Source: Trichomonas gallinae (Eukaryota). Taken from it: a stretch of DNA of 32,993 nt. Position 1 is the stretch's first letter; each line of letters begins with the position of its first letter. Shown one piece after another: positions 11,194-21,172 of this stretch. Location: the NCBI GenBank assembly GCA_008369845.1, contig MRSU01011090.1, positions 1-32,993 of the forward strand, read 5' to 3'. Position numbers and translations under genes: made by a program. The notes below the pieces were generated by a model, which saw only the letters and a program-made list of their open reading frames with translations, ran no database searches and had not been told where the DNA came from.

Positions 11194-11522
11194 ATAAGAA
11201 TAAAAAAATTTCGCAAAATTTTTGTCATGTAACTTTCTCAATTTTATTTTACAAAACAAATTAAATTAAGGTTAAATCATTTTCATATAAGATAAAACCG
11301 ATTTTGGTAAATTTAAAATCTATAACTAATTTACTTTTATTTTACAAGCATTTTTATAAATTTAATTTTCAAAATTTCTTCTTTTTATATCGGAAAATCT
11401 ACAAAAGTTCAGAAGTTTTTTACATATTTATTTTTTTGTCAAATAAATTTACATGCCATATATTTAAGATTTTCCCCCATTTTTGCCAAGTAAATTTATT
11501 TACATGCCATAAATTATTTTAG
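11194..11522. promoter_or_regulatory. Bidirectional promoter (FAM184-like / COG2) containing an imperfect direct repeat
   Basis: Head-to-head genes 329 bp apart. ttttgtcaaataaatttacatgccata (11434-11460) recurs as ttttgccaagtaaatttatttacatgccata (11481-11511). Confidence 0.6.
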
Positions 11523-13388
11523 ATGTCTACTTATTTTGATTTATCAGACTTTCAGGATCCAACATGGACAAATACCAATGATTTCCTGCTAAAGCACAGA
11601 AATAGGTTCGAGTCTTTGAATAGTTTTGCTGATGCTTTAAATTCTTATGGAGAAGAATTAAAATCTCGCTTAACAACAATTATTCACGATGATTACCAGA
11701 AATTCGTCTCCATATCTAAGCAATTATTGCAATTGGGAGACTATATGGCCGAGCTAATTAAATCTTTAACAAATTCAGAGAATGCGGTTGATAATGCAGT
11801 AAAAACTCTACAGCAATCTATACAGCCTATCAAAGCACAAACAGAAAAATTACACAAAATTCGAATTGAAGAAGCGATTTGCAAGTTAGCTTTAGAAATA
11901 GTAATTTCTCTTGAAAACATTCGCGGAAAACTAAATACAGAGACTACACCAGATATTTTTGCTGATGTTGCTATTGGTTTTGCAATAGCAAGAGCTCAAT
12001 TAAAAGGAATTGATCAACCAGCTCTATCTATTCGAATTCAAGCAGATTTTGACAAAATATTCAATGATTTCACCACAAAACTTTGCAATGCATTCGTCAA
12101 ATCAATAAAAGAAAAAGATGATATTTCTCTTCAACAGATTTTAATCGCAACAATACTTTCAAACCAGTTTAATTCAATATACAAAGCATTCTCTGATGCA
12201 TTTGTATTAGAAGAACTGAAAAATCTCAAAAAGAAAAATAAAGTTGCATGCGAAACTCTTCAACAGATAAAATCTATCATAAATAATGCTGATGGTCCAA
12301 TAAATTACATACATGACAAGTCATTGACTATATTTGATTTTGCATTATATTCAGTTTGGCCGAATATATCAGATTGGATGGTGAAATACGTTGATTTCCC
12401 AGTAGGAACAATCAAAGAGCTCCATGATGCATATATAAAGACAATGGAAGTCATTGCTGAGATGGAGAAGCTCTGCAGATCGAAAGAAGCAATAATTGAA
12501 CTTAGAAAGTCCCCAGGAATGGTTCTGATATTCAAAAACATGAAAATAGACTTCTACACTAATCTAGTTTCCATTAAGATTATCCAGGATATCCCACAAG
12601 CAGAAAATCACAATCCAGAAATAATTGATGAAGATTTCAAACTTTCTACAACAAAAATCGTTTTCGAGCAAGTCAAAAGATGCTTCAGCAGCGAATATTT
12701 CGTCCCTGAGCGTGCAGGCGACTTCGTGATTACTGCCATGAAGATAATCCTAATTTATGTAGAATTATCTAAATCTTTTCCAAAATTCAAGTCATTTTTC
12801 GCCTACGACATGAAAATACTTGCGGAAAAGCTAGAACAAATAATACCAGACAGCTACAAGCAAGCAATTTCAATGGCTTGCCAGTCATTAATCGAAAACT
12901 CAACAAAACTCGAAAACGAAATTCTCGAAGTTTTGACGAACGAAACAGTCAACAGGCTGGATTTCATATCCACCATATTCGTTAAAGCGACAGCGGCAGC
13001 CCCAAGCAAGCCTTCCATGCTGGCAGCTGAAGTCTTCTCCTCTTACACTAGGTGGGTATCGACAGAAAAGTCTCCGCTGAATTCGAAAATTTTTGCCACG
13101 AAAATTGTTCAAGCAGTACTTGAGAAATTCAAGCAGAAAGCAATGACTAGGATACAAGACGTCAGATCGCAGAGCATTGCCATTGCTACTTTCAACAAAT
13201 CTTCATCGATTGATCCTAAGCTGAGTGAAATGCGCTTAAAACAGCAACTTTTATTGGATCTTGAGTGTATATATACAAAAGCACTCGGATTTGATGTCGA
13301 CGTGCATAAAATGGAAACATATGTTGAAATGTCGACGTTTTTGAGGCAAGAAGAACAGGAATCTCCTGAGTCTACAGAATCTAAGTGA
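11523..13388 (+). CDS. COG2: Conserved oligomeric Golgi complex subunit 2
   Basis: N-terminal FLLKHRNRFESLNSFADALNSYGEELKSRLTTIIHDDYQKFVSIS matches the COG2 N-domain (LINKDYADFVNLS-like). Also SVWP, and C-terminal RLKQQLLLD. Confidence 0.8.
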   Translation: MSTYFDLSDFQDPTWTNTNDFLLKHRNRFESLNSFADALNSYGEELKSRLTTIIHDDYQKFVSISKQLLQLGDYMAELIKSLTNSENAVDNAVKTLQQSIQPIKAQTEKLHKIRIEEAICKLALEIVISLENIRGKLNTETTPDIFADVAIGFAIARAQLKGIDQPALSIRIQADFDKIFNDFTTKLCNAFVKSIKEKDDISLQQILIATILSNQFNSIYKAFSDAFVLEELKNLKKKNKVACETLQQIKSIINNADGPINYIHDKSLTIFDFALYSVWPNISDWMVKYVDFPVGTIKELHDAYIKTMEVIAEMEKLCRSKEAIIELRKSPGMVLIFKNMKIDFYTNLVSIKIIQDIPQAENHNPEIIDEDFKLSTTKIVFEQVKRCFSSEYFVPERAGDFVITAMKIILIYVELSKSFPKFKSFFAYDMKILAEKLEQIIPDSYKQAISMACQSLIENSTKLENEILEVLTNETVNRLDFISTIFVKATAAAPSKPSMLAAEVFSSYTRWVSTEKSPLNSKIFATKIVQAVLEKFKQKAMTRIQDVRSQSIAIATFNKSSSIDPKLSEMRLKQQLLLDLECIYTKALGFDVDVHKMETYVEMSTFLRQEEQESPESTESK

Positions 13389-14201
13389 TTTATTATTATT
13401 TTTGTATTGATTTATAAATATTTTGTTTTATCAAATTTTGATTACTTGGTTTATTGTGTTAATCATTCCAAATATCATTACAACTATCTAATCTATGATA
13501 ATTTATTGTGCTAATTTTGGATAAATATTAAATCATTATTTTTGAAAAAAATATCTAGTTTTCTATTGACCAATCTCACGAGATATAACGAGCATAAATT
13601 TTATGCACTTTATATTCTTGTTTGTAACAGATCACATCAAATTCTCGAAATCGAAAGCCAGATCCAATTGTCTGACGAGGAAAATTCCATAAGATTTGCT
13701 AATATTACAACCAATTAGACTAAAATATGAGTAGAATTTTTGAGATATATATTAGATCAATCAATTTCAAATCACTAAAAATCAATATTTATTGCAAAAG
13801 ATGTGAGATATAAAGAGCACTAAGACTATATATAACAAATATAAAAAGGTATAGTTCGCTAACCACTCAAAATATATAAATTGTTGTGAAATAATCACAA
13901 AAAATATTATAATTCGATATCTTTGATTACACTATATTATACAACAGCTGTGTGCAATCTAAACTATCAACGCATAACGCCTCTATTAGCATCCCAACCC
14001 TAATTTGTCCGAAAAAAGCAATAAATGTCCAAACTTAACATAACAGCATAAAACAGATATATAGCTAAAACAATCACATAAAAAGAAATAAAATGTCATG
14101 TAGATGAGGTGAATTTTACAATAATCGACAACCGCTAAGAAGCCAACACTCAAATGTCCGTGATAGAATGTCAATTTTTCCCATTTGAGAAAAACCTCCG
14201 G

Positions 14202-14206
14202 TCATT
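14202..14206 (+). promoter_or_regulatory. Trichomonad initiator (Inr) of ARP3
   Basis: TCATT 14 nt upstream of ATG 14221, fitting the TCAYW consensus. Confidence 0.55.
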
Positions 14207-14220
14207 AGATAGTCTGAGAA

Positions 14221-15483
14221 ATGCACACTCCAACAACACCACCAGTTATTATCGATGTCGGTACAGGTTATACAAAGATGGGTTATGCAAATAATTCTCG
14301 CCCGAATTTTATTATTCCAACCCTTCACGCAGGCAGAGATTTATCCAAAGTTACAGCAGCTCAGATGCTCGGCACTGAGGATCTCGATTTTTATATCGGT
14401 GATGAGGGTATCGGAAAGACACCAACATACAACCCAGTTAACATCATGAAACACGGTCAAGTCGATGATTGGACAAAGATGGAACAATTCTGGGAACAGT
14501 GCCTCTTCAAATATCTTCGCTGCGAACCAGAAGATCATGCAGTCTTACTCACAGAACCACCGCTTAACTCACCAGATAACCGCGAATACACAGCTGAAGT
14601 TATGTTCGAGACCTTCAACGTTCCGTACCTCTACATCGGTATGCAGGCTATGCTTGCTATCGCAGCTTCATGGACAAACGAGACTGCACACACATTAACA
14701 GGATGCGTCGTCGATTCTGGTGATGGTGTTACTCACGTCATCCCAGTCGTTGAGGGCTACCCAATTTCCAACGCTATCGTCCACGTTCCAGTTGCCGGCC
14801 GTGAAATGACACAATTCATCGCTGACTTCCTTAAGGATCGTGAGCCACAGGTCCCAGCTGAAGATCGTATGGAGGCTGCCCGCGCCATCAAGGAGCGCTA
14901 CTGCCGTGTCGCCAAGCACCCATCTGCCACATTCAAGATGTTCGATGAGAACCGCTCCAAGTACATCGAAACATACACAGGCATCTCATCCAAGTCCGGC
15001 AAGCCATACACATGCGAAGTCGGTTACGAGCGCTTCCTTGCTCCAGAAGTTTGGTTCTCACCAGAACTTGTCTCCAATGAGTATACAACACCAATCTCTG
15101 TTCTTATTGATCGCGCCATTCAGATGTCCCCAATCACAGATCGTAAGAAATTGTACGGAAATATCGTCCTCTCCGGTGGTTCTACCACATACAAGGGTCT
15201 TGCTTCCCGTCTCCAGGTCGATGTTCAGGCTCTCGTTACAGCCCGTCTTCAGGAGAACGCTGAACTCCAATCAAAGATCACAGGACGCAAGGTCGAGGCC
15301 TCCACAATCGATGTCAAGATCGTCGAGCACAAGCGTCAGCAGTATGCTGTTTGGTACGGTGGTGCTATGCTTGCTTCTACTGGCCAGGCATTCTACAGCA
15401 AGTGCCACAACAAGGCTATGTATGATGAGTTCGGTCCATCCATCGCCCGTGCCAGCTCAATGTTCGGTGCTAGCGCAGTTTAA
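14221..15483 (+). CDS. ARP3: Actin-related protein 3 (Arp2/3 complex)
   Basis: IIDVGTGYTKMGYA, DLDFYIGDE, KYLRCEPEDH, LLTEPPLNSPDNREYTAE, VDSGDGVTH, YAVWYGG, YDEFGPSIAR. Strong C-ending codon bias suggests high expression. Confidence 0.96.
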   Translation: MHTPTTPPVIIDVGTGYTKMGYANNSRPNFIIPTLHAGRDLSKVTAAQMLGTEDLDFYIGDEGIGKTPTYNPVNIMKHGQVDDWTKMEQFWEQCLFKYLRCEPEDHAVLLTEPPLNSPDNREYTAEVMFETFNVPYLYIGMQAMLAIAASWTNETAHTLTGCVVDSGDGVTHVIPVVEGYPISNAIVHVPVAGREMTQFIADFLKDREPQVPAEDRMEAARAIKERYCRVAKHPSATFKMFDENRSKYIETYTGISSKSGKPYTCEVGYERFLAPEVWFSPELVSNEYTTPISVLIDRAIQMSPITDRKKLYGNIVLSGGSTTYKGLASRLQVDVQALVTARLQENAELQSKITGRKVEASTIDVKIVEHKRQQYAVWYGGAMLASTGQAFYSKCHNKAMYDEFGPSIARASSMFGASAV

Positions 15484-15484
15484 A
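15481..15484 (+). terminator. Stop codon-coupled TAAA polyadenylation signal (ARP3 example)
   Basis: The TAA stop is followed by A. The same arrangement occurs at IFT70, RRM-BTB, ACSL, the DUF4795-like gene and the 6279 pseudogene, as expected for the trichomonad UAAA signal. Confidence 0.55.
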
Positions 15485-16229
15485 TCACTAAATCTTTAAT
15501 AATATACGCCTCAGGATTTTTCAAAAATTCTGCCTTTTTCCCATATTTCCATCATCTATTCCTCCTGTAGGTCCTAACTAAACGATTTCTTTATTTTATT
15601 AACCAGTATTTTTCCCGGCAAAAAGTCACCTCATCTGTCAAATCACTTCACTCTGATCATTTTATTTCTTTTCGGACAAGTGAACTGGTCGACACATCTA
15701 TTTGGACCAGCAATGATAGAGCTCGAAAGAAATCGCCAAAAATACGTTTTTCCAACAAGATTTGCGATTTAATTAATATTCTCGAAATTGTCCGTGACAC
15801 GATAATTGTTACAAACATGCGTCAATGAATCAAATGAGAAAAATTAATTTTGCCAAAGACCCTTCTCGGATCCCTTTCAACTAAAGACTATTTCACTGAA
15901 AAACACCTCTACTACTCTTATATTCGCTATTTTTCGATCAGCTAGGCACAGAAGTCTATATAATATTTTCGTTTTTAGCAAATAATAAAGATATTCAATT
16001 TATATTTCAGTTATAAACTGTATACATTGAGTATAGTTAATGTTTATAGTGTAAAGACATATTATCGAATCTTGACTTGATTTTTGATTTTTTGTCATGT
16101 AAAAATCATGACAAAATATTTTTAAAATTCATATAATTTTTATAGAAGTTATAAAATAATTAAATTTTAAATATTATTAATTTTCACACCCGTGAATCGA
16201 GACTTTATTTGTCAAATTGTCAAATATAT

Positions 16230-18011
16230 ATGAATGATGTAATTGATTGTTACTGTGGAGACGATGAAGACGACGGTTTAATGGTTTGTTGCGAGCAATG
16301 CAAGAAATGGCAGCACGCGCAGTGTGTCAACGTCAATAAGTTCTCAGAACCAATCCATTACGTTTGTCCTTCCTGCAGAGGGATAAATATCGGCTGTAGA
16401 TGCGGATATGAAGCTGATTACCAAAAATCTCTTGTTTTCTGTGTTGTTTGTCATGAGTATTTCCACAAAAGACACGTTGGAATCGGTTATGGGATGAATC
16501 CTTCGACATTTGTTTGCTCAGATTGCTCAAAAGGCGAGTTTAGATATAAAGAGGAAGAAGTAATGCCGATTCCATCATTTTTACCACACCTTAACGTTGC
16601 AATTACTGTAAAACCAATTTCAGAAATGGATCCACCCCTTCCAAAAGGCCAACTGCTTGATAAACTGTCGTCCATTGCAGGCCAGACGTCTGTTGGCGCT
16701 CTCTGCGCTTATCTTTATTCGAATTTCAGATCTGTTATTTTTCAATCTCATTCGACAGTGAAGTTTTTGACGATTAAACGCTATATGCTGCGCAGCAGGG
16801 CCAATAGTTCATGGGATTTCATGTGCGCGATGATAAAAGCTGTTGAATTCATGACCGGATCTCCAAAACACCAGATAATTCAAATGCTGGATCACCTTAT
16901 ATCAGTAGATATCTACAAGAAGCCAATACCAGATGTGTCAAGGGTACCAACAAACGAATTCATCACAGAATGCCCAGATATAGATAATGCGTACGATTAT
17001 TCGGAAAGAGCCGAAGATGAGTTCCTAGATGAAGAGCCAAAGTTCCAGCCAGACAATTTATCAGGAATTCAGTACAAACAGCTCAAAATTGTCAATGGAA
17101 CAAATGGAACAAGAACAGTTATTGCTGTCTCAGAGATTAAGTCAGGGGAACTGATTTGCCCTGTCTATGGAAACCTCCTCATGATGGAGGAAGTCGACAG
17201 CAAGTCAATGCTGCCGAAATATGAAATTTACAGAATTGGAGACACAGACATCGCTTTAGACACCACAGAACTGCCTAAATATAACATATTCCAACAGATC
17301 CGCCGCGGGTTCATATCAAACTGCGAAATTCGGCCGTTTGATGTTGGAGATATTAGATATCTTGGAATTTTCGCGACACAGCCAATAGCAATGCCGGTAT
17401 TATTCGCTAGAGAGATCAGAGATGACTATACAATAGAGCCAGGCATGGAACTCGTTCTTCCATTCGATATCGCACCACCAGCAATAAATTTCGACATGAA
17501 TTGGGCAACAGAGCAACTCAACAATGAACTAGAAGTAGAAGAAACAGAGCTGGTCCAACCTCCAATATCAACAGCCAAATTGCGCGAAATTATGGAACAA
17601 ACACTTCAATCTAAGAACAGCGAGAAGTCGAAATCCAAGCCAAAGAGGACAACACAAGTCAACACGCTCAAATCCCTGTTTTCAGGCCCATTCTACATCG
17701 ACATTAATCTGACCGGTGAGGATACAACCGACCAGTCTTTTGTTTTGAACGAGGATCTGCCTGAAGAGCTCTCGCAGTTTGCTCCGCCAGGCAGGAAGTC
17801 GTGGCTGAGGAAGTCCAACGCTAAGCACAAGCAGATGCCAGTCAGCCATCCTTGGTTCAGCGAGTTAAGCATCGAACAAAAATTCGTCAAAAAAACTCCA
17901 AAGCAAAATGAAAGCGGAGTCATTAAACCTCAGAAAGCGAGCATGTGGGAGATCCCTGATGACGATACTTTCCTTAACGTTAGCGACATTCCTTTAGCTG
18001 CAAGAAATTAA
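16230..18011 (+). CDS. Tandem PHD fingers plus a degenerate SET domain (Set3/MLL5/SETD5/UpSET-like chromatin protein)
   Basis: ATG at 16230. PHD1 CYC...MVCCEQCKKWQHAQC...YVCPSC, then a second PHD-like finger. SET-like: VIAVSEIKSGELICPVYG...IALD...IRRGFISNCEIR...LGIFATQPI...IEPGMELVLPFD. Confidence 0.8.
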   Translation: MNDVIDCYCGDDEDDGLMVCCEQCKKWQHAQCVNVNKFSEPIHYVCPSCRGINIGCRCGYEADYQKSLVFCVVCHEYFHKRHVGIGYGMNPSTFVCSDCSKGEFRYKEEEVMPIPSFLPHLNVAITVKPISEMDPPLPKGQLLDKLSSIAGQTSVGALCAYLYSNFRSVIFQSHSTVKFLTIKRYMLRSRANSSWDFMCAMIKAVEFMTGSPKHQIIQMLDHLISVDIYKKPIPDVSRVPTNEFITECPDIDNAYDYSERAEDEFLDEEPKFQPDNLSGIQYKQLKIVNGTNGTRTVIAVSEIKSGELICPVYGNLLMMEEVDSKSMLPKYEIYRIGDTDIALDTTELPKYNIFQQIRRGFISNCEIRPFDVGDIRYLGIFATQPIAMPVLFAREIRDDYTIEPGMELVLPFDIAPPAINFDMNWATEQLNNELEVEETELVQPPISTAKLREIMEQTLQSKNSEKSKSKPKRTTQVNTLKSLFSGPFYIDINLTGEDTTDQSFVLNEDLPEELSQFAPPGRKSWLRKSNAKHKQMPVSHPWFSELSIEQKFVKKTPKQNESGVIKPQKASMWEIPDDDTFLNVSDIPLAARN

Positions 18012-18516
18012 TTTAATATTATATTATTGTTTGTATTTATTATAAAAATATTGTTTGTATTCATCTACATTTTCTAATCCAAATACACCAATAAATTCAA
18101 ATTTTCTATTATAGATGATTTTACTTTGAATTATAAAATAATTTTGATGTTTTAATGTGTTTTTGATTTGTTCGCTATATATTGTTGAATATTTTGATTT
18201 TATTATTCATTTACTAATTCAAAAGATGCTATAAAGAAAAAAATCAAACAAGATATATCAAATTGAAAAATATAATTGATTAAAATGACAATTTGCTTTT
18301 GTCATATGCATAAACTTTTCAATATATGTAATTTATTATATATTGATTAAACAAAATTCAAAATTTCAAATTTTTCATTTTCAAATCAGATAAAAAGTCA
18401 ATATTTATATAGCAAAAAGTGAATTTGTTCATCAATATATTAATAATTTGCTATTTTTGCTGATTTTAAAATTGATTTTGAAAATAAAAAATAATTAAAA
18501 GAATATTGATAAAGAT

Positions 18517-20454
18517 TTAATTAGCACATTCTTCGTATAGCTTCTCGATTGTCTGGGCGTATCTGAGCTCGAGTTTCTTCCTCTTAAGCTTGAATGTTGG
18601 TGTCATGAACTCGTTTTCGAGTGTCCATGGATCTGGTTCGACGGCGAGGTTCGTGATTCTCTGATATCCGAACAATTTGGCGTCAGCAGCGGCCTTCTTG
18701 AGCTCCTCGAGGATGAACTTCTTGAGTTCCGGTGACTTGCATGCGTTAAGATACTCTTCGTCGTTGATTTTCTCTTTGCCGATGAATTTGGCGACTTCTG
18801 GCTTCCTTGGGACAATGATGGCGACGAGGAATGTCCTGCTGCTGTCTCCGTAGATGAAGGACTGGAGGACAATCGGAACATTGTCGTAAACTTGAGAAAG
18901 AGATTCAGCGGCAACATATTCGCCCTGAGAGAGCTTGAAAATGGAGCCCATCCTGTCAACGATGGAAAGGTAGCCATCTTTGTCCCATTTGCCGACGTCT
19001 CCTGTCTTGATCCATTTATGAGATTCGTCTGTGAACAATCTGGTTGTTGCGTCTGCGTCGTTGAGGTAGCCACTTGAAAGGCATTGGCCTCCAATGAGGA
19101 TTTGGCCGCAAAGTGGATCATCATAATCTTCGATTGGCTCAAGCTTGACTTCGACGTTCTGGAGTGGGCCACCTATTGTTCCCTTCTTGAGAAGTTTAAG
19201 ATCCTTTGGTGAGCAAACGTTTCCTGAGCCTGCTTCTGTTAATCCGTAGCCAACACGGATTGGCCTGCCTGTAGCGACCTGGAGAACCTCCTGGATGCCT
19301 GAGTCCATGGCAGCTCCGCCTACAACGAACTGTTTGATGCAGCCGCCCATCATTGCGTTGATCTGATTAAATACCAAAGCGTCGAAGAAGCCTGTTGGAA
19401 GAGAGTTCGACAAGCAGAAGCGCTTTGCATACCATGCGCCCCAGAAGACGCATCTCTTTACTGCGCTCTTGTTGAGTTTTTCTTGAATTGCTTCATTAAA
19501 CCTGTACATGACTCTTGGGACGGCAACCAAGTATGTTGGCTTAAGGGCCTTGAGGTCCTCGATGAGTTTAGCGACGCCTTGGCTGTTGAAACCGATCTGG
19601 CCGCCCTCATATGCAGCAACTGCGAGAGCAGAGCGTTCAAAGACGTGAGCGAGTGGTAAATAAGAAAGGTGGCGGGCTCCGTTGCCAACTTCGATGTATT
19701 TCGCAGCTGCAATCGTGTTAGAAACGCTGGCGCGATGAGAAATAATGACGCCCTTTGGGTTTCCTGTTGTTCCTGATGAATAGCAGATGAAGTGTGGGTG
19801 TTCTGGATCGATCTTTGGCATCTCGTGGAAGTGTTTCTTGCCGATTTCAAGAACTTCTTTGAAAGACATGAGTTTGATTGATGTTTCGTACTTGCCTTCT
19901 GGAACAGTGCCGATAACGATGATCAAGCGGAGGTAATATGTGTTTTGCGAGACGATTTTCATCAATTTGTCAAGATTATTTTGGGAAACGATGCAAGCTT
20001 CCATTTTAGAGTGCTCCAACAAGTAGTTGAGAGCGTTTGGACCGAGGGAATCGTAGAGAGAAACGATTACATAGCCGTAGAGAGAACTTCCGTCGATTGC
20101 GTGGACCCACTCAGCGCAGTTAGAAGAATAAATACCGAGTGTCTTTCCAATTGTGACGCCGAGCTCTGTGAGGCCGGAGCCGAGGTTAAATGCGGCTTCT
20201 TCGCCTTGAGCATATGTAATGAACTTGTAATCCGGGCTGAAATTATCCTTATCGATCCTTTCGCGGTGTCCTAAGTAATTTCTATCCTTGTATTTCTTGA
20301 ATGTTGTTAATGTGAAAGCTTGCATCTCAGGAAACTCAGGAGGGTTGATTGCTGGGCCGTCCTTGAAGTCTGGATGCCTTCTGATGGCAAATGGGGAGTC
20401 TTGCTCGCCAGTTCCCAAAACAGATACTACAGGAACACTTGAAGATGATCCCAT
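18517..20454 (-). CDS. Long-chain acyl-CoA synthetase (ACSL/LACS family), probably N-myristoylated
   Basis: ICYSSGTTGNPKGV, SYLPLAHVFER, GYGLTE, WIKTGDVGKW...IVDR..IFKLSQGEYVA, MTPTFKLKR. N-terminus MGSSSS fits MGxxxS. Confidence 0.93.
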   Translation of the reverse strand: MGSSSSVPVVSVLGTGEQDSPFAIRRHPDFKDGPAINPPEFPEMQAFTLTTFKKYKDRNYLGHRERIDKDNFSPDYKFITYAQGEEAAFNLGSGLTELGVTIGKTLGIYSSNCAEWVHAIDGSSLYGYVIVSLYDSLGPNALNYLLEHSKMEACIVSQNNLDKLMKIVSQNTYYLRLIIVIGTVPEGKYETSIKLMSFKEVLEIGKKHFHEMPKIDPEHPHFICYSSGTTGNPKGVIISHRASVSNTIAAAKYIEVGNGARHLSYLPLAHVFERSALAVAAYEGGQIGFNSQGVAKLIEDLKALKPTYLVAVPRVMYRFNEAIQEKLNKSAVKRCVFWGAWYAKRFCLSNSLPTGFFDALVFNQINAMMGGCIKQFVVGGAAMDSGIQEVLQVATGRPIRVGYGLTEAGSGNVCSPKDLKLLKKGTIGGPLQNVEVKLEPIEDYDDPLCGQILIGGQCLSSGYLNDADATTRLFTDESHKWIKTGDVGKWDKDGYLSIVDRMGSIFKLSQGEYVAAESLSQVYDNVPIVLQSFIYGDSSRTFLVAIIVPRKPEVAKFIGKEKINDEEYLNACKSPELKKFILEELKKAAADAKLFGYQRITNLAVEPDPWTLENEFMTPTFKLKRKKLELRYAQTIEKLYEECAN

Positions 20455-21050
20455 ATTTTTTTTTTAAATTATTTTTTACTTCGGGCATAAAAAAACTAAA
20501 ATATCTATAGATAGGATAGATTAGTGACTATTCCATTAATGTGAAAATATTATTAACGAGGTGATCTATAGCCTGATATAGATGATGATCAGATTAAATA
20601 TATTTTTTGCTGATTATTAGCAAAATTAAAAATATCATGATTAAAATTAATATTATGCTTATGATGATGACGGAAGTTATCACAAAATTATGGAATTTGT
20701 GCCCAAAAATATGCCAAACCGATCGAATTTTGGATCTTTTATTTTCCGATTTTGCTTATTTTGGAATTAGACAAATTATTTTGCAATATAATGATTAATG
20801 ACATTAGTGCTCATGTTGCAGAGCTATGATTTGATGCATTTGAAACGCGATCGTGTAAAACATCTATATTTATGTTTTAAACTTTATTTTTAGCTAGCAT
20901 AGACATAGTACATATGAATAATCATGAAATTTTTAAACCAATGATTTTACATTTTTTACGCTTTTCAAAAAATGGCATTTAAATGCATCATCATGTTCTT
21001 GCAGCTCGATATTTCATATTCTAATAATTGTTTTTCAACTGAAAAATTAA

Positions 21051-21172
21051 TATGCATATGCACATGAAATCCATATGTATATGACTTTGCAATTGCATAT
21101 AGAAATTCGTATGCATATAGAACGCATATGCATACGGAAACAGAAATTGCAAATCAAAAAATTATATGCATA
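21051..21172. repeat. Nested inverted-repeat (fold-back) element rich in ATGCAT/CATATG
   Basis: Three perfect nested arm pairs: 21108-21118/21126-21136 (11 bp), 21086-21094/21145-21153 (9 bp), 21051-21059/21164-21172 (9 bp). Confidence 0.65.

Noticed and set aside
14840..15499. 219-aa alternative-frame ORF inside ARP3
   Set aside because: Ser/Pro/Thr-rich shadow ORF produced by strong C-ending codon bias; no motifs.
15680..15720. SECIS-like GTGA...TGA hairpin downstream of ARP3
   Set aside because: ARP3 has no in-frame TGA, and the helix geometry and apical AA do not fit.
20582..20614. Box C (ATGATGA) ... box D (CTGA) snoRNA
   Set aside because: Only about 32 nt long, with no terminal stem or recognisable guide.
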